From NCBI RefSeq assembly GCF_902652985.1, contig NC_047026.1:2703307-2767306 (forward strand): a stretch of DNA of 64,000 nucleotides, given 5' to 3'. Positions 62,200 through 64,000 of the stretch are shown in pieces. The position numbers and the translations under genes were made by a program. How positions within the stretch are numbered: the stretch's first letter is position 1; each line of letters starts with the position of its first letter. This DNA comes from Pecten maximus (lineage: Eukaryota). The notes under the pieces were generated by a model. It ran no database searches and had not been told where the DNA came from. It saw nothing but the letters and a program-made list of their open reading frames with translations.

Positions 62200-63060
62200 G
62201 AGATTAGGGAATATTACCACAGACAAATTTCTGATGTCTACTTAAGCATTGAACGGCTTTCAGTTGGCATTCATATTGACTATGAATGCCAACTGAAAGC
62301 CGTTCAATGCTTATATTTACCATCTGCGATTTTTTATTTGTCGTGCGATTTTTTTTTGAAATTTTCAAATTCAAATTTCAGTTGGCAGTTCATAAGCTGG
62401 TGAACTCGCAACTGAATTGGTAGGGTTATATAGTGGCAGTGCCATACAATGGTAAATATAGATGGATGGACAAACAAACAAACATCATAACTCTAATATA
62501 ATCCCCATATCCTGTTGCCAGAAGTATGATAATGAAGCAAGCACTTTAACTCTTCTGCCAATATCTATCTAACTCTAAATAATATTGCATTATCTGCAAA
62601 TAATATATGCCCATTTCTTCATTTATGAAAAATCGTTTGATTTCAAAATAGTAAGCTATATCAAGAGTGGTTCACAAAAATGCCCTGAAGCCTTCCCAAT
62701 CAATTCTAATCTTCTAGGATATGGGAGGGGGTTTATTTAAGCATTGAACGGCTTTCAGTTGGCATTCAGTCAATATGAATGCCAACTGGACAGAGGCAAA
62801 TTCAACATGAAGCGTAGCGCGCTTCATGTTGAATTTGCCTCTGTCCAGTTGGCATTCATATTGACTATGAATGCCAACTGAAAGCCGTTCAATGCTTATA
62901 TTTACCATCTGCGATTTTTTATTTGTCGTGTGATTTTTTTTTTTTTGAAATTTTCAAATTCAAATTTCAGTTGGCAGTTCATAAGCTGGTGAACTCGCAA
63001 CTGAAATGGTAGGGTTATATAGTGGCAGTGCCATACAATGGTAAATATTTGAGGATAAAT
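62200..63060. repeat. Two copies of a roughly 260-bp foldback repeat (62200-62460 and 62730-63060). Each starts with a perfect hairpin of about 32-bp arms (aagcattgaacggctttcagttggcattcata|ttgac|tatgaatgccaactgaaagccgttcaatgctt). The second copy carries an extra nested palindrome (ggacagaggcaaattcaacatgaagcg|ta|cgcttcatgttgaatttgcctctgtcc)
   Basis: Reverse-complement inspection. Located 150-1000 bp upstream of the giant gene's ATG. Confidence 0.8.
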
Positions 63061-63609
63061 GCGGTTATCAGCTGGCATTGAATCCCCAATACACTGAATA
63101 TATATACATCCATATTTTATAAATTTCTAAATTAAATTTTCTGGACACAACCAAAATGAACATTGAGACTAGGAGGAACAAAATCCCTTGACTAGTCTAT
63201 TGATTGTAACATTAATCTAACCATCTGAGGTTTCTGTTTCTGATCTCCATCCTGATCCCTCGTCAGAAGAAAATCCTCGATGAGCAGACGGTGAAGAAAC
63301 TTGGTTCGAGCTGTCATCCCTTCCACTGTCATTGGTAGAGCCCGTCTACAAAAGCAAAGAACATTGAGTACAATTTTTAGTTAATATCCCTTTAATACAT
63401 CACAAGGCTATAATATTCAGGATTTTTTCTGTAAGTCTTTTTGGGCCAGTTATGGGCCACATCCCCAACTAAATTATTTCATATTTAAGCTTCCCAAAAT
63501 AAGCAGTTTACTTTGGAGAATTTCTTTCCTGATCCACCAATTTTCTTTTCAAAATGAACTAGGCAAAAAGTCCCAATCCCTGTTTAGGGGGACATGTAAT
63601 CTGACCATA

Positions 63610-63990
63610 TGATGTATATCCTGCCATAAAAGTAGAGCATAAGGTCATCTTACTAGCTCAGACTAGTGGAAATTTCCCTTTAGCCTAAGGTGGAAGGGTG
63701 TTTGCCTTGAGAGCAAGAGGTCCCTCATTCGAATCCCAGCACGGACAGTGCATTTTTTATTATATTACCCCTTTCTACTACTGCTAATTAAGAGCTGGGT
63801 TGTGATTGTGGGCATAGACTTTGTGAAGGAGGGAGTATATATAGTGTCAAAAGTATAGAGTATAAGGTCGCCTTACTAGCTGAGACAAGCAGGAATTTCC
63901 CTTTAGCCTAGTGGTAGGATATATTGATGTTTGCCTTGAGAGGGAAAGGTCGCTAGTTCAGAAGCCCGGCATGGGCAGAGAATTTTCCAT
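63610..63990 (+). mobile_element. Two tandem diverged copies of a tRNA-related, SINE-like unit of about 150 bp (tagcctaaggtgg...gaggtccctcattcgaatccc...TTTTTT)
   Basis: 63610-63760 and 63840-63990 are about 75-80% identical, with A-box and B-box-like motifs. The second copy runs off the window edge. Confidence 0.35.
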
Positions 63991-64000
63991 TACTCCTTAC

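Overview
This is eukaryotic genomic DNA, AT-rich, with spliced GT-AG genes and many minisatellites and transposable elements. The CDC23 similarity level (about 55-60% identity to human) suggests an invertebrate, possibly a lophotrochozoan or bivalve, but no species can be named from the sequence. None of this is prokaryotic: there are no operons, no CRISPR arrays and no rRNA genes. Exon coordinates were derived by manual splice-site reading and cross-checked against the ORF-track frames. Two genes face each other tail to tail.

1. On the + strand, a complete CDC23/APC8 orthologue (anaphase-promoting complex subunit 8) in 14 coding exons, from the ATG at 4698 to the stop codon ending at 20583. 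The CDS is 1752 nt, about 583 aa, and aligns to human CDC23 across the whole TPR protein.

2. On the minus strand, a giant low-complexity gene rich in Ser, Arg, Asp, Glu and Tyr. It runs from an ATG at 62043 to a stop at 25116, about 37 kb, through at least 15 exons whose splice phases are mutually consistent. Its C-terminal exons encode what looks like an ALMS motif, so it is an ALMS1/CEP295-family centrosomal protein candidate. It contains three frame discontinuities in long exons; one of them is explained cleanly by a 49-nt GT-AG intron.

The repeat content is the most unusual part.
- Two consecutive CDC23 introns (10 and 11) begin with tandem arrays of 37-bp and 56-bp units. Each unit is built from the 3' end of the preceding exon plus its 5' splice site, giving about 30 and about 17 reiterated donor sites.
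- A satellite of about 155 bp occurs four times as the core of a composite element with conserved hairpin-bearing termini, which looks Helitron- or Helentron-like.
- A 35-bp minisatellite of about 60 copies appears to be derived from the fused termini of a roughly 200-bp dispersed element embedded in it.
- There is a Tc1/mariner-type MITE family with a CTGTAAACG terminal inverted repeat and TA target-site duplication. Two of its four copies carry a hugely expanded poly-C tract.
- Three tRNA-derived SINE copies lie in the same orientation.
- Other items: foldback hairpin repeats just upstream of the giant gene's start, a G-depleted low-complexity block of about 1.1 kb ending in about 120 C's (possibly an assembly artefact), and several other minisatellites of unit length 22 to 60 bp.
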